DNA of 64,000 bases from Gammaproteobacteria bacterium (GCA_965243395.1 CBDEUS010000001.1:672001-736000); one strand, 5' to 3'; counted from the first letter of the stretch, positions 47,450 through 58,517 are shown. Program-made: numbers and translations. The notes: generated by a model not told the origin, from the sequence alone.

Positions 47450-48853
47450 ATGAGCGATTATTTGTTCGAAGAGCTACCTTATCAGCCTGACAGTAGCTTG
47501 TTATTTGAAAAGTTTGTTAATGAGCCATGGTCAGTTTTTCTTGATAGCAATCAGCCTGAAGCAGTCCATGGAAGATACGATATAATTTCTTCACGTCCAA
47601 AAGTACGTATCAGCTGTCACCAAAATGTTAGTCAGATAGATTCTTCTTCTGATTCTTTGACTGTTCCTGGAGATCCATTCTCTATACTAAAAGATTATCT
47701 TCCACTGAAAAAAAGTAAAAATCGAGAGTTATCAAACCTGCCTTTTATCGGGGGTGCGCTAGGTTATTTTAGTTATGATTTAGGTCGCTCTATAGAGAGC
47801 ATTCCTTCAATTGCACAAGATGATTTGTTGCTTGCTGATATGAAAGTAGGAATTTATTCTTGGGCAATTGTTGTTGATCATAATAAGAAAAAAACTGTTT
47901 TAGTAGGCGACAAGTCGGATTTACGTACACGTCGCGAGTGGAATGATTTAGTTCATTATGTCTCGGATAGTTCTTCCTTTATAAAAAATCAAAAAGAATT
48001 TAAAGTTCTAGCTGAAGTTGATTCAAATATGACCGAATCATATTATGCAGAAGCATTTGAAAAAATTAAAACATATATAAAAGAAGGAGATTGTTATCAG
48101 GTTAATCTAGCCCAGCGGTTTAATGCAGATGTGGAAGGTGAGCCTTGGTTAGCTTATAAAATGTTGAGAAATATAAATCCTTCACCTTTCAGTGCGTATT
48201 TAAATTATGCGGATTTTCAAATTCTCAGTAATTCACCCGAACGTTTTCTTTCTGTAAAAGATAGCATTGTTCAAACTAAGCCGATTAAAGGCACACGACC
48301 AAGATCCGATATAAAAGATAAAGATGATGCTTTATCGCATGAACTTGCTAGTAGTAAAAAAGACCAGGCAGAGAACGTTATGATTGTCGACTTATTACGC
48401 AATGATATAAGCAAAAATTGTGCGTTAGGATCAGTCAAAGTACCCAAATTATTTGATATTGAAAGTTTTCCTAATGTTCACCACATGGTTAGTACCATAA
48501 CTGGTAAATTAGATAAAAATCGTTGTGCGATTGATCTATTACGCGGCTGTTTCCCTGGTGGTTCTATAACAGGTGCGCCCAAGTTGCGTTCTATGGAAAT
48601 TATAGAAGAGTTAGAGCCCCATCGTCGTGGTATTTACTGTGGTGCAATAGGTTATATTAGTAATGATGGTAATATGGATACCAATATTGCAATTCGCACC
48701 ATATTGCATAAACAGCAGAAAATGTATTTTTATGCAGGTGGCGGCATAGTTTATGATTCAGAAATGAACTTGGAATATCAAGAAACTTTTGATAAAGCCG
48801 CTGCCATGTTACAAGTGCTTAATCAAGATAGACAGCATGCTCAAACTATCTAG
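47450..48853 (+). CDS. pabB: Aminodeoxychorismate synthase component I
   Basis: PFIGGALGYFSYD, GDCYQVNLAQR, SPERFL, TKPIKGTRPR, AENVMIVDLLRND, FPGGSITGAPK. Confidence 0.93.
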   Translation: MSDYLFEELPYQPDSSLLFEKFVNEPWSVFLDSNQPEAVHGRYDIISSRPKVRISCHQNVSQIDSSSDSLTVPGDPFSILKDYLPLKKSKNRELSNLPFIGGALGYFSYDLGRSIESIPSIAQDDLLLADMKVGIYSWAIVVDHNKKKTVLVGDKSDLRTRREWNDLVHYVSDSSSFIKNQKEFKVLAEVDSNMTESYYAEAFEKIKTYIKEGDCYQVNLAQRFNADVEGEPWLAYKMLRNINPSPFSAYLNYADFQILSNSPERFLSVKDSIVQTKPIKGTRPRSDIKDKDDALSHELASSKKDQAENVMIVDLLRNDISKNCALGSVKVPKLFDIESFPNVHHMVSTITGKLDKNRCAIDLLRGCFPGGSITGAPKLRSMEIIEELEPHRRGIYCGAIGYISNDGNMDTNIAIRTILHKQQKMYFYAGGGIVYDSEMNLEYQETFDKAAAMLQVLNQDRQHAQTI

Positions 48854-48861
48854 GCACAAAT

Positions 48862-49443
48862 ATGAATGCTTGGGCGATAAAAATTGGTGGCAGCTTGTAT
48901 GACAGCCAAGATCTTATAAAGTGGCTGCTTACAATTGATGAATATTCGGCTAGAAACATAGTAATTATCCCTGGAGGAGGGCCATTTGCCGATCAGGTGA
49001 GACAGGCAGATGAGATGCATCATTTAGACCAAATTCATGCTCACAACATGGCAGTAATGAGTATGCAACAGTATGGCACTTTATTAGCCTCTTTATGTCC
49101 AAACATGATTCTTGCAAATACGACAGATAAAATTCACATGGCTTGGCAAAATTCTAAAACTGCTATTTGGGAGCCTTACGAAATGTTGCGTGATGAATGT
49201 GAGCTTGATAGGACATGGGATATAACCTCAGATAGTCTCTCCGTTTGGCTAGCAAATAAATTAGAATTGAAAAATTTGTTGCTTATTAAGTCAAGTGATG
49301 ATGTCTTAAAAGTGAAAAGCATAGAAAGACTAAGCGACAAAAATTGTATAGACCCATATTTCTGTCAATATGTAAACCTATCGAATATCAATGTCCATGT
49401 TTTGCATAAATCCGAATCAAGCGAATTTAAAAACATGTTATAA
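48862..49443 (+). CDS. Orf21 amino-acid-kinase family protein (MfnE-like)
   Basis: IKIGGSL, PGGGPFADQVR, AH.MA...M.QYG, WDITSDS. Confidence 0.87.
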   Translation: MNAWAIKIGGSLYDSQDLIKWLLTIDEYSARNIVIIPGGGPFADQVRQADEMHHLDQIHAHNMAVMSMQQYGTLLASLCPNMILANTTDKIHMAWQNSKTAIWEPYEMLRDECELDRTWDITSDSLSVWLANKLELKNLLLIKSSDDVLKVKSIERLSDKNCIDPYFCQYVNLSNINVHVLHKSESSEFKNML

Positions 49444-49486
49444 ATATCTAAGCAAATTATCCTTTAATTAATTTATAAATAAAAAT

Positions 49487-51979
49487 ATGTTTCAAAGTAC
49501 TATTAATGTATTAACTGCTTTAGTTATTAAAAAGCCAATCGTTATTTTGGTATTCATGTTCGCTCTTGTTGCAGCATGCAGTATTTATATAAAGCATTTG
49601 AATATAGATGCTTCTCCTGATTCACTTATGTTAGAAAGTGATCCTGATTTAAAATATTACCGTGAAATTCATCGTCACTATGGAACAGATGAATATATTA
49701 TCGTTGGTTTTAAACCTAATAGAGAAATTTTAGAAAAAGAAGCGATCGTTCATATAGAAGAAATTTCAAATCAATTTAAGGATATTAATGGTGTTTCCGG
49801 CGTTACTTCGTTAAGTAATGTTCCACTATTATTACAACTTGAAGAAGATGAAAAAACTGGGCAAACCAAATTTGCAAATTTATTAACACCAGAGGTTGAT
49901 CTTGACAAAGCCAAACACGAATTCACTACCAGCCCTATATATGTAGATAATCTTGTAAGCCAGGATTTGACTACTACAGCTATTAAAGTAGATATCCAGA
50001 AAAATCAGCAGCTTGTTGAATTAATTGAACACAAGTATACGTTATTAGAAAAGCTTGAGTCGGTAGAGAAAAATAGTCAAGTTGATGCTGAATTGGAACT
50101 ATTACGCGAAGATATCAGTACAGAAAGGCAAATAATTAACCAACGCTATAAGGAAGTACTGGAGAGTATACGCGCGATTATTACTTCAGCAGAGGGTAAA
50201 GGTGAATTTTATTTAGCCGGCGCTCCCTTGATCGGAAATGACATGAAAGAGTATGTGGTACAAGATATACAGACTTTCGGTATCGCGATTCTGGGAATAA
50301 TGGTCATTGTTTTATTCATTTTCTTCAGAAAACCAGCCTGGATTTTTTTAGCACTCGTTTGTGCAGTATTAAATGTTCTATTAGTAGCAGGGCTGGCTGC
50401 ATTGCTAGATTTTCAATTGACTATCATTTCATCTAATTTTGTTGCCTTATTAATTATATTTTCTATCACTCTTTCGATTCACGTCATTATCCGCTATCAA
50501 GAAATTCAAGCATTAGACCCTAATGATGATGTTGAAACTGAAATTAAAACTGCTGTTTCGCAAATTGTAACACCGTGTTCATATATGGTGCTCACATCTG
50601 CTATCGCATTTTTATCATTAGTAGTAAGCGATATAAATCCCGTCATTATTTTTGGCTATATCATGATTTTAGGATTATTTTGTGCTTTCCTATTGACGTT
50701 TACGGTTCTGCCTGCACTGATAAAATTAATTAAGCCTAAATCACGTGAGCTTGAAAAAGATAAGGCTGCTTATTTTCTTGAAAATATTCTTAAAGCCATC
50801 GTAGGCCATAAAAAACTTACATTAACGATTGTAATTGGAATGTTTGCATTGAATATTGTTGGTATTAGCCAGCTTACGGTTGAAAATCGTTTTATTGATT
50901 ATTTTAAAAATTCTACTGATATTTACCAAGGATTAGAGCTAGTCGATCAAAATTTAGGTGGGACAGTACCCTTGGAAGTTATTCTTGAGGCTGACCCGAT
51001 AGAAGAGGATGAAGACGAGTTAGATGAGGACGAAGAATTTGGTGACTATTTATCAGAACTAGAGGAGAGCCAAGACGACTTCACCGCTAAAAGTTACTGG
51101 TATAACCGCAGTGGAATAAAGAAAATCAGCAAAATTCACGACTACTTGGAAAGCTTGCCTCAAGTGGGGAAAGTATTGTCTTTATCAAGTACTGAAGAAG
51201 TATTTCGTACGATCAATAAGGGCGAACCATTAGAGGATTTCCACTTATCTTTGGTTCATTCAAAAGTCCCTGAGAATATTAAGCAAGTACTTATTTCGCC
51301 TTACGTTTCAACTGATGGTGGTCAGGCACGTATTTTAGCGCGGATAAAAGATTCAGATCACACTCTAATTCGCAATGACTTGCTAAATAAAATCAAAGAC
51401 GATCTGAGCCAAGATTACGTAAAAGAAAATGAAAGTGTACAATTAACGGGGATTAGTGTTTTATACAATAATGTACTTCAAAGTTTGTTTAAATCACAAA
51501 TTCTGACGTTAGGAACTGTATTTGTTGCTATTTTACTTATGTTAGTAATTTTGTTTAGAAGTGTTAAATTGGCAATTATTGGAACGCTACCTAATATTTT
51601 TACTGCATTATTTATTCTAGGCGTTATGGGTGTATTTAAAATTCCTCTGGATATCATGACAATAACAATTGCTGCTATAACGATTGGTATTGGTGTTGAT
51701 TATGCAATCCATTATATACATCGCTATAAAAAAGAATACGCAGATTCAGGAGATAACTATCAAGCTATACATAAATCACAAACTACAGTAGGAAAAGCAT
51801 TATATTTCACGTCAATCACTATTACGTTAGGCTTTGTAGTACTTGTGTTGTCTAATTTTGTTCCCTCCATTTACTTTGGTTTATTAACAAGTATAGCTAT
51901 GTTAGTTTCTTTGTTCGCAACATTTAGCATTATTCCACTTCTGCTTTTACTTATGTATCCACAAAAATTACAAAATTAA
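49487..51979 (+). CDS. MMPL/RND family transporter
   Basis: Two repeats of 1 TM + periplasmic domain + 5 TM; GIGVDYAIH; LGGTVPLEV. Confidence 0.88.
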   Translation: MFQSTINVLTALVIKKPIVILVFMFALVAACSIYIKHLNIDASPDSLMLESDPDLKYYREIHRHYGTDEYIIVGFKPNREILEKEAIVHIEEISNQFKDINGVSGVTSLSNVPLLLQLEEDEKTGQTKFANLLTPEVDLDKAKHEFTTSPIYVDNLVSQDLTTTAIKVDIQKNQQLVELIEHKYTLLEKLESVEKNSQVDAELELLREDISTERQIINQRYKEVLESIRAIITSAEGKGEFYLAGAPLIGNDMKEYVVQDIQTFGIAILGIMVIVLFIFFRKPAWIFLALVCAVLNVLLVAGLAALLDFQLTIISSNFVALLIIFSITLSIHVIIRYQEIQALDPNDDVETEIKTAVSQIVTPCSYMVLTSAIAFLSLVVSDINPVIIFGYIMILGLFCAFLLTFTVLPALIKLIKPKSRELEKDKAAYFLENILKAIVGHKKLTLTIVIGMFALNIVGISQLTVENRFIDYFKNSTDIYQGLELVDQNLGGTVPLEVILEADPIEEDEDELDEDEEFGDYLSELEESQDDFTAKSYWYNRSGIKKISKIHDYLESLPQVGKVLSLSSTEEVFRTINKGEPLEDFHLSLVHSKVPENIKQVLISPYVSTDGGQARILARIKDSDHTLIRNDLLNKIKDDLSQDYVKENESVQLTGISVLYNNVLQSLFKSQILTLGTVFVAILLMLVILFRSVKLAIIGTLPNIFTALFILGVMGVFKIPLDIMTITIAAITIGIGVDYAIHYIHRYKKEYADSGDNYQAIHKSQTTVGKALYFTSITITLGFVVLVLSNFVPSIYFGLLTSIAMLVSLFATFSIIPLLLLLMYPQKLQN

Positions 51980-52443
51980 TGAATTCTAAATGGCTTAGTT
52001 TAGTTTGCTGGGTTGGCATATGTTTGCTGACAGGTTTTGTAGGTTCATTATTCGCACCTGGTGAATGGTATCAGGACATGCAAAAGTCAGCGCTTACTCC
52101 ACCTAATTATGTTTTTCCTATAGTCTGGAATATTTTATTTATTTTAATGGGCATAGCTGCCTGGCGAGTATGGGGGAAACGCAAAAAAGGTGTACGTTTT
52201 GCGCTATCTCTATTTTTAGTGCATTTAATTTTCAACATGCTTTGGTCGTATTTATTTTTTGGTATTCATCGACCGGATTTAGCGCTTTTTGAAATTGTAT
52301 TTTTATGGGTTGTTATTTTGTTGACAATTATTGCATTTATAAAGGTTGATAGGCTTGCAGGGATAATTATGCTTCCATATATTGCTTGGGTCAGTTTTGC
52401 TATATATTTGAATTATGCATTTGTTGAATTAAACCGTTTTTAA
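51979..52443 (+). CDS. tspO: TspO/MBR tryptophan-rich sensory protein
   Basis: WY..M.K..LTPP.YVF..VW, NMLWSYLFF, PYIAWVSFA.YLN; TAATG coupling to the MMPL gene. Confidence 0.92.
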   Translation: MNSKWLSLVCWVGICLLTGFVGSLFAPGEWYQDMQKSALTPPNYVFPIVWNILFILMGIAAWRVWGKRKKGVRFALSLFLVHLIFNMLWSYLFFGIHRPDLALFEIVFLWVVILLTIIAFIKVDRLAGIIMLPYIAWVSFAIYLNYAFVELNRF

Positions 52444-52516
52444 TTTAATATCAAAAATTAAGTACTTTCAAGTTATAGCATTAACTTACGTCAAAAATCG
52501 TATAGTTAGAATCTAG

Positions 52517-53608
52517 CTAGTATATGTCTACTTGAATATCCTTGTATCGGTCGCTGCCATGGATTTTAACGAGATTGCTGCCATCAACGCCTATGCGCCA
52601 AATACTGAATTGTTTGTCTTCTCTGAATCTTAAACGATGAAAATAAAGTTGTTTTGAGTCAGAACTCCATCTTGGTAGTTTATTAGCATGCCCATCATTT
52701 AGTAATTCAAATGTTTTTGCATTGCCTGCATCTGAGATACGTAATGCACGCTTGCCAAATAACCAGTACAGTGGTTGAACTTCAGTTACATAGGCAACCA
52801 ACTTTCCATCGGGAGACCAATAGGGATCATGGTCGCGAAATTTATCAAAAGTTAAACGCTCTTCGTTTTTACCATTAGCATCCGCAATAAATATTTCTAA
52901 ATTGTTAAGCTTACTTCCATCATACGATTCTGGAAGGGCGCTAAATACAATTTTGGAACCATCAGGCGACCAAGATGGATCTAGATAAATGCTTTCTCGC
53001 TGCGAGATTCGCTGAGGGTTTTTTCCATTCAGATCAGTAATATAGAGATGCCAGCGGCCTTTTTGTTTGGATGCCGCCATAATAAGTTTTGAGCCGTCAG
53101 GCGACCAATTGGCAAAACCTTGTTCTACCCATTCAAAACTACGGTGAGGAATGAGTTCCTTGAGACTCTGATCATTCAAGTTAAGCTGCCATAATGAAAA
53201 CTGGTCATATGCACTTTCTTTTTCACCTATGGGTACACGATAAAATAAAACTTTGGCTCTATCCGGCGAAACTCTTGGCCAAAAGCTTTCATATTTATCA
53301 TCAGTAGTCAGTTGTACTGAGTTTTTTCCATCTAAATCTGATAACCATATTTCAAGATTACCTGTACGGTTAGATGAAAATATCAATTTAGAATGAGAGG
53401 TAGCCGTTTTGATGACTTCTTTTGCTTTCTTTATATTACGTTCTTTGCTTGGTTTAGCTTCTCGTGTTTCTTCTAGGGATGGCCGATCTTTTGTATGAAT
53501 TTTTTTACGCGTTGCTTCTTTTTTAATAGGTGTCAAACCACAACCACTAAGAATAAAGATCGAGATTAATATAGTAGAAAAGATAAAAGATAAATAATTT
53601 TTTTTCAT
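52517..53608 (-). CDS. TolB-like PD40 beta-propeller lipoprotein
   Basis: LSGC lipobox; FSSNRTGNLEIW; repeated W/VSPDG blades. Confidence 0.82.
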   Translation of the reverse strand: MKKNYLSFIFSTILISIFILSGCGLTPIKKEATRKKIHTKDRPSLEETREAKPSKERNIKKAKEVIKTATSHSKLIFSSNRTGNLEIWLSDLDGKNSVQLTTDDKYESFWPRVSPDRAKVLFYRVPIGEKESAYDQFSLWQLNLNDQSLKELIPHRSFEWVEQGFANWSPDGSKLIMAASKQKGRWHLYITDLNGKNPQRISQRESIYLDPSWSPDGSKIVFSALPESYDGSKLNNLEIFIADANGKNEERLTFDKFRDHDPYWSPDGKLVAYVTEVQPLYWLFGKRALRISDAGNAKTFELLNDGHANKLPRWSSDSKQLYFHRLRFREDKQFSIWRIGVDGSNLVKIHGSDRYKDIQVDIY

Positions 53609-53626
53609 ATTTTGGTTATTGTTTAA

Positions 53627-54532
53627 CTAAATACTGTCATGGCTAGCCTGATCGCATAAATGAGCATGATCGCCAGATTCAATTTGAATGGTAGGGTGAA
53701 TAATACCAAACTTATCACGTAACCCATTGCTTAGTCGATGTACAAATTGATCATCTAGTTTATGCGAATCACGTACAAGATGAGTCGTTAAAGCCACTTG
53801 TGTAGTGCTCATCGCCCAGATATGTAAATCATGGACAGCTATTACACCATCTTGTTGTAAAATAAACTCTCTCACCTCATCAATATTTATACCTTTAGGT
53901 ACACCATCCATTGCCAAATTAAATGAATCTCTAAATACTCCCCAAGTGCTAATAATAATTACGATTACAATAACTAAACTAATTGCAGGGTCGATCCAGA
54001 ATAAGCTTGTTAAAAAGATCGCAATTCCTCCTAATACAACGCCCAAGGAAACACCTGCATCTGCTGCCATGTGAATAAAGGCAGCTTTAATATTCAAATC
54101 TTCGCGTTGACTAGTGAGAAACAATAAAGCGGTTGCTGTATTAATTATAACTCCAATGGCTGCAACAACAATGATAGTCGTTGAATTTACTACAGAAGGG
54201 GTAGTAAGACGTCCTAATGCCTCCCAGGCCACAACACTCATTGTCATAAGTAAAATTAGACTGCTTACAAATGCTGCTAAAATGGTCCCTCTGCGTAAAC
54301 CATATGTCTTTGTACGAGTAGGTTTGCGTTGTGCCAAGTAAGTGGCGCCCCAAGATAGCAATAAGGCAAGAACATCACCAAGGTTATGCCCAGCATCTGC
54401 AATGAGTGCCAATGAGTTTGATAAAAACCCAAATGTGGCTTCAACAACAACAAATATCACATTTAGAGCAGTACCGACTGCAAAAGCTAAGTTATAGTTT
54501 TTTGGTGTAGGATGACGGTGCGAATGTTCCAT
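53627..54532 (-). CDS. Cation diffusion facilitator (CzcD/ZitB-like)
   Basis: SLALIADAGHNLGD, HMAADA, VHDLHIW, H.TIQIE. Confidence 0.92.
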   Translation of the reverse strand: MEHSHRHPTPKNYNLAFAVGTALNVIFVVVEATFGFLSNSLALIADAGHNLGDVLALLLSWGATYLAQRKPTRTKTYGLRRGTILAAFVSSLILLMTMSVVAWEALGRLTTPSVVNSTTIIVVAAIGVIINTATALLFLTSQREDLNIKAAFIHMAADAGVSLGVVLGGIAIFLTSLFWIDPAISLVIVIVIIISTWGVFRDSFNLAMDGVPKGINIDEVREFILQQDGVIAVHDLHIWAMSTTQVALTTHLVRDSHKLDDQFVHRLSNGLRDKFGIIHPTIQIESGDHAHLCDQASHDSI

Positions 54533-54556
54533 GTTTATGCATTATATAATATTAGT

Positions 54557-55300
54557 TTAGGCTACCCTGCGTTTTAGTAATACATAAAAGTAAAAAGTAG
54601 CGATTGCCGCAAGCAAATGTTTAATTGTATGCCCGCTTAGACTATGCCCTAACAATTCAAAAATTTGTTTGTCAAAATATTCTGCTATTTTCGAAAGCAT
54701 ATAAAAAAGGAATGCAGAAAGTAGAAATTTAGTTTGTAAGTGCGTGGGCTTATAAATAAAAATGATTATCAGTATTAAAGCCATCGAAACAAACTGCACC
54801 CATACATAGATTCTCAGATCATCTGTGATATGCCAATATAAAACTGAAATAATTCCAACTATACACATCGGTAGCAGCAGCCATTTCTCGAGTTTGTAGT
54901 TAATATAATCTGATATTGTAATGACAAACAGGGCCATAAAGCCTATAGCCATTGGTAAACGGTCCCAAGTTAAAGTTTTATTTTCAGGGTTAAAATGATA
55001 ATAAGATGAACCAAATGCAACACAAAAAACAGATAAAAACAAGAACAGCCAGCTCCAGGAATAATTTATGCCCCAGTTTTGGCAGATTGTATAGAGGCCT
55101 AACATTCCTACAAAAAGAAATGGTAGGCTAGAAACAATATCTAAAAAATTATTGATACCAAATATGGTTCGATTGTCTGCAAAATCGTGATATGCAAGAT
55201 CTTGAGAAATTGGCTCAAGAAAAAATAAGCTAATAAAAGAGATAAAAACTAAAGAGACAATTAAAGAATCTTGCCAGCTTACGGGCCATCGTGCATTCAT
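54557..55300 (-). CDS. Alkaline ceramidase-like (CREST superfamily) membrane hydrolase
   Basis: YHDFAD.R, GSSYYH, WDRLPM, SGHTIKH (SxxxH / D / HxxxH CREST motifs). Confidence 0.82.
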   Translation of the reverse strand: MNARWPVSWQDSLIVSLVFISFISLFFLEPISQDLAYHDFADNRTIFGINNFLDIVSSLPFLFVGMLGLYTICQNWGINYSWSWLFLFLSVFCVAFGSSYYHFNPENKTLTWDRLPMAIGFMALFVITISDYINYKLEKWLLLPMCIVGIISVLYWHITDDLRIYVWVQFVSMALILIIIFIYKPTHLQTKFLLSAFLFYMLSKIAEYFDKQIFELLGHSLSGHTIKHLLAAIATFYFYVLLKRRVA

Positions 55301-55303
55301 TTG

Positions 55304-55870
55304 TTATCCCGTAAATGCCTGAGGAGATTTTAAGTATTCTAATTCCTCTGTAGTACTCGTTCGATTCAATATCAAATTTCTATGAGGAAATCGGCCATAT
55401 TTCTTAATTATATCTCTATGGTGTTTTGCAAAACGTAGATTCTTTTCTAATCCGCTTTTTGAAAATAACTCAACGGATAGATTTTGATCTTCAATATTTT
55501 CACTATGCATGAGTGGCATATAAAGAAAAGGTAGGCGCGTTGGGTCAAGCTCTTCGTCAAAATTTTTAGAAATTGCAAAATGTGAAATTTGTATTGCATC
55601 TGCTTCAGTTGAAAAACTTTTAGCATCGCCACGAAACATATTTAAAGGAAGTTGATCTAAGACTATGACCAAGGCTAGACAACCATCAGCGTTTTCTTTC
55701 CATTCTGTTAATTGTTTTTCTTTAGCAAGCAACCATAAAGAGTGAAATTTGCTATGTACTTCTGCATCAAATTTAGGTGTAGATTTAAACCATAGCTTAT
55801 TAACAGGTTCACTAAACCAAAAATTCAAAACCAATTTATATGAAATAGATTCATAATTCTGATCAGACAT
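55304..55870 (-). CDS. DUF924 family protein
   Basis: VLNFWF..WF, LDQLP.NMFR, FLYMPLMHSE, H..II.KYGRFPHRN..L.R.ST.EE. Confidence 0.92.
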   Translation of the reverse strand: MSDQNYESISYKLVLNFWFSEPVNKLWFKSTPKFDAEVHSKFHSLWLLAKEKQLTEWKENADGCLALVIVLDQLPLNMFRGDAKSFSTEADAIQISHFAISKNFDEELDPTRLPFLYMPLMHSENIEDQNLSVELFSKSGLEKNLRFAKHHRDIIKKYGRFPHRNLILNRTSTTEELEYLKSPQAFTG

Positions 55871-55878
55871 AAATATAT

Positions 55879-56307
55879 TTAGCCATTTATGTAATGCTCA
55901 AGTTGTTCAATAATATATTTCTGTTCAGATATAATCGTTTTTACTAAATCGCCTATAGATATAATGCCAATAACGTTGCTGTTTTCAACAACCGGCAAGT
56001 GCCGCACACGCTTTTCAGTCATCAAAGCCATTGCTTCTTCAACAGTTTGATCAGGTTTTGTGCACAGTACGTTTGTTGACATTATATCTTTAACAGCAGT
56101 GTCTGGAGATGACTTTCCTTTGAGAATTACTTTTCTAGAGTAGTCTCGTTCAGTAATAATCCCAAGCAACCTATCATTCTCCATCACCATCAAAGATCCA
56201 ATGTGGTGGTCAGCCATGATTTTAATTGCATCATAAACTGAGCTTTCTGGGCTTATCGTTATAATTTCGTTACCTTTGTATTCTAAAAGTTGTTTAATAG
56301 TTTTCAT
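55879..56307 (-). CDS. Tandem CBS domain protein
   Basis: GIITERDY, RHLPVV, GIISIGDLVK; AAAGGAG SD. Confidence 0.93.
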   Translation of the reverse strand: MKTIKQLLEYKGNEIITISPESSVYDAIKIMADHHIGSLMVMENDRLLGIITERDYSRKVILKGKSSPDTAVKDIMSTNVLCTKPDQTVEEAMALMTEKRVRHLPVVENSNVIGIISIGDLVKTIISEQKYIIEQLEHYING

Positions 56308-56379
56308 AATTACTAAACTCCTTTCGTTTCTATATAGTTAAAATTAGTTATGATTAAAGAATCAAATTGTATATATAGT

Positions 56380-57141
56380 TTATAGAAAGTGATTGTGTAA
56401 AAATTGATTTACAGCATCCCAATACTCATTATGATCATCAAATTGTTCCCATAATGCTCTTGAGCCATGATTTCCTTCTGTCTTGGGTATAAATAATGAT
56501 TTTTTATCCGATTGGATAGCATCATAGATATCAATCCACTTATTCTTCTCATTACGTGCAGACGTGATGAATACCGGCACATTTATGCTTGTTGCAGAAT
56601 CTTGTATCCACGTTTTGGATTTGCCTTGTTTGCTAAAATATTCGCCGGGCGCAAATGCAAGTACTCCATCAACTATATCGGGATGATTTCCCGCAACATG
56701 TAAAACCAATGAAGCAGAATATGAGCTTCCCCAAAGAATTATTTTATTCTCTGGGAATTGGGAACGAATAAAATGAATTGACGCCAGTATATCTGGCAAT
56801 GCGTCTATATACCTTGTTTGTAAATTAGAGGCTTTGGCACTTTTTGCAGTTAAATTTTTCACACTATTAATTTTTCCGCCAGAACGTAAATCTACTGCAA
56901 TACAATTAAAACCCAGTTCGTTTAATTTAGGTGCAATATCAGTATATTCACCACGACTCCATCCTGCCTGATGAAATAGGAGAATAATTGGTGTTGTGGG
57001 TTCTAAGCTGATGAAGTATGTATCAGCCACAACTACAAGACCATCTTCAGAATTGAATGATATGGTGTCAGTAGATGCAAATAAGTCCGACGTAATGATT
57101 AGGACTATTATAAAAAATATAAAGTTACTAATATTTTTCAT
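56380..57141 (-). CDS. Exported alpha/beta hydrolase (dienelactone-hydrolase-like)
   Basis: Signal peptide; LLFHQAG.SRGEY, DLRSGG, WGSSYSA nucleophile elbow, HGSRALW. Confidence 0.82.
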   Translation of the reverse strand: MKNISNFIFFIIVLIITSDLFASTDTISFNSEDGLVVVADTYFISLEPTTPIILLFHQAGWSRGEYTDIAPKLNELGFNCIAVDLRSGGKINSVKNLTAKSAKASNLQTRYIDALPDILASIHFIRSQFPENKIILWGSSYSASLVLHVAGNHPDIVDGVLAFAPGEYFSKQGKSKTWIQDSATSINVPVFITSARNEKNKWIDIYDAIQSDKKSLFIPKTEGNHGSRALWEQFDDHNEYWDAVNQFLHNHFL

Positions 57142-58517
57142 GTATTCATTGTATCTTCAAGTTTCGGCAGTCTTTTTACGATACGAATTAACTTGGCAAG
57201 TTCCATTTCAATATCTTTACGTTTAGTTTCCAAATATTCCCTAAGTTGTTTTTTTCTCATAAACAAAAAGAATATTTTTATATTATCGATAATAATATGG
57301 TATTCCTTGCGAAGTTTTAGCGCAAAAGGCGCACTTATTATGATGCTTGCTAAATAAATTAATGACGCGGGTATTCCAAAATATTTATATATCATATAAG
57401 TTTGGATCGACCAAAATAATAGAAAGAAGAATAATCCAAAAGTAACACTTGCAGTATCATATTGATCGGGGCCTTTAGCAATTTTACGTGTTATATCACG
57501 GGTAAGCTGATATGGAATAAAATTATTAATCATCCCCCAGATAGCAAAGGGTAACCCAATTAATAAGATCATGATTATCCGCATAATATAAATTGTTACG
57601 AGAACTGGCTTGTAATTAATTGTTAAGTGATAATCCCGTATACCACAGCAATTACACAAACGCTCAAATCCGCGTAGCTGACTAACGATAGAACGCACTT
57701 TATCCGGCTCATAAATTCTTAATAGTCTTTGTGCCTCAATGATTCTTTGTAGCGCATTAAATCGTTCTTTTAAGTGACCTTTCCTGTATTTACCGCGTCT
57801 CATTGCAAAAAACTTTTCCAAACGCGTTATAAGATAAATATCTTCCCATGAGTCTGCATTGAGAGTAACTTTAGCAAGCTCATGTTTAATTCGATCTGTA
57901 ACAAGTTCTACAGACTCAAATGGTTCAAGTTTACTTGGGGTATTTAAATCAATTTTGGTTCCATATTGAATGAGCACATCGCTTCGGAATTTACCTTTTC
58001 GAGAAAAAGTCAAGCCAACAGGTATGACGACTGGAGCTTTTTTATTTGTCCGCAAAGCACCTAAAGCTATTCGAGCGGCACCTGTTTTAAGTTTATTAAT
58101 ATGCGGATCAGAATGACTTTGTCCTTCTGGAAAAATTATAATGGTTTTATTGTTTGCAAGGGCTTCATAGCATTTAACAAATGAATCTTCATTTTGCGAG
58201 GTGTTTGTTCCTGGGTCATTGCGACGGTATATAGGTATCGCATCAATTAAATTTAGAATCGGTTTTAAGAAAGGGTTCAAGAACAGACCGCTTCTTGCGA
58301 GCGGTAAAAGCTGTTTATCAGTTGATGCTTGGAGAATAACAACATCAACTAATGCATTTACATGATTCGCGCACAATAATAAACCATCATTTTCAGGAAT
58401 GTTTTCTAAACCTGTAACCTCAAAGTTACGATAGAAAACACGCACTACAAGTTTACAAAAGCGTTGCCAAACTTTTAGAAAGCTCGTCTTTGAAAAAGAT
58501 TTCTGTTGTCTGCTCAT
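57138..58517 (-). CDS. Glycerol-3-phosphate/lysophospholipid acyltransferase (PlsC superfamily) with C-terminal TM extension
   Basis: NHVNALVD (HxxxxD), PIYRR.D, IFPEGQSH, LKTGAARIA, PVGL. Confidence 0.87.
   Translation of the reverse strand: MSRQQKSFSKTSFLKVWQRFCKLVVRVFYRNFEVTGLENIPENDGLLLCANHVNALVDVVILQASTDKQLLPLARSGLFLNPFLKPILNLIDAIPIYRRNDPGTNTSQNEDSFVKCYEALANNKTIIIFPEGQSHSDPHINKLKTGAARIALGALRTNKKAPVVIPVGLTFSRKGKFRSDVLIQYGTKIDLNTPSKLEPFESVELVTDRIKHELAKVTLNADSWEDIYLITRLEKFFAMRRGKYRKGHLKERFNALQRIIEAQRLLRIYEPDKVRSIVSQLRGFERLCNCCGIRDYHLTINYKPVLVTIYIMRIIMILLIGLPFAIWGMINNFIPYQLTRDITRKIAKGPDQYDTASVTFGLFFFLLFWSIQTYMIYKYFGIPASLIYLASIIISAPFALKLRKEYHIIIDNIKIFFLFMRKKQLREYLETKRKDIEMELAKLIRIVKRLPKLEDTMNT

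Noticed and set aside
52517-53608. tolB of the Tol-Pal system
   Set aside because: No TolB N-terminal domain, has a lipobox, and no tolQRA or pal neighbours
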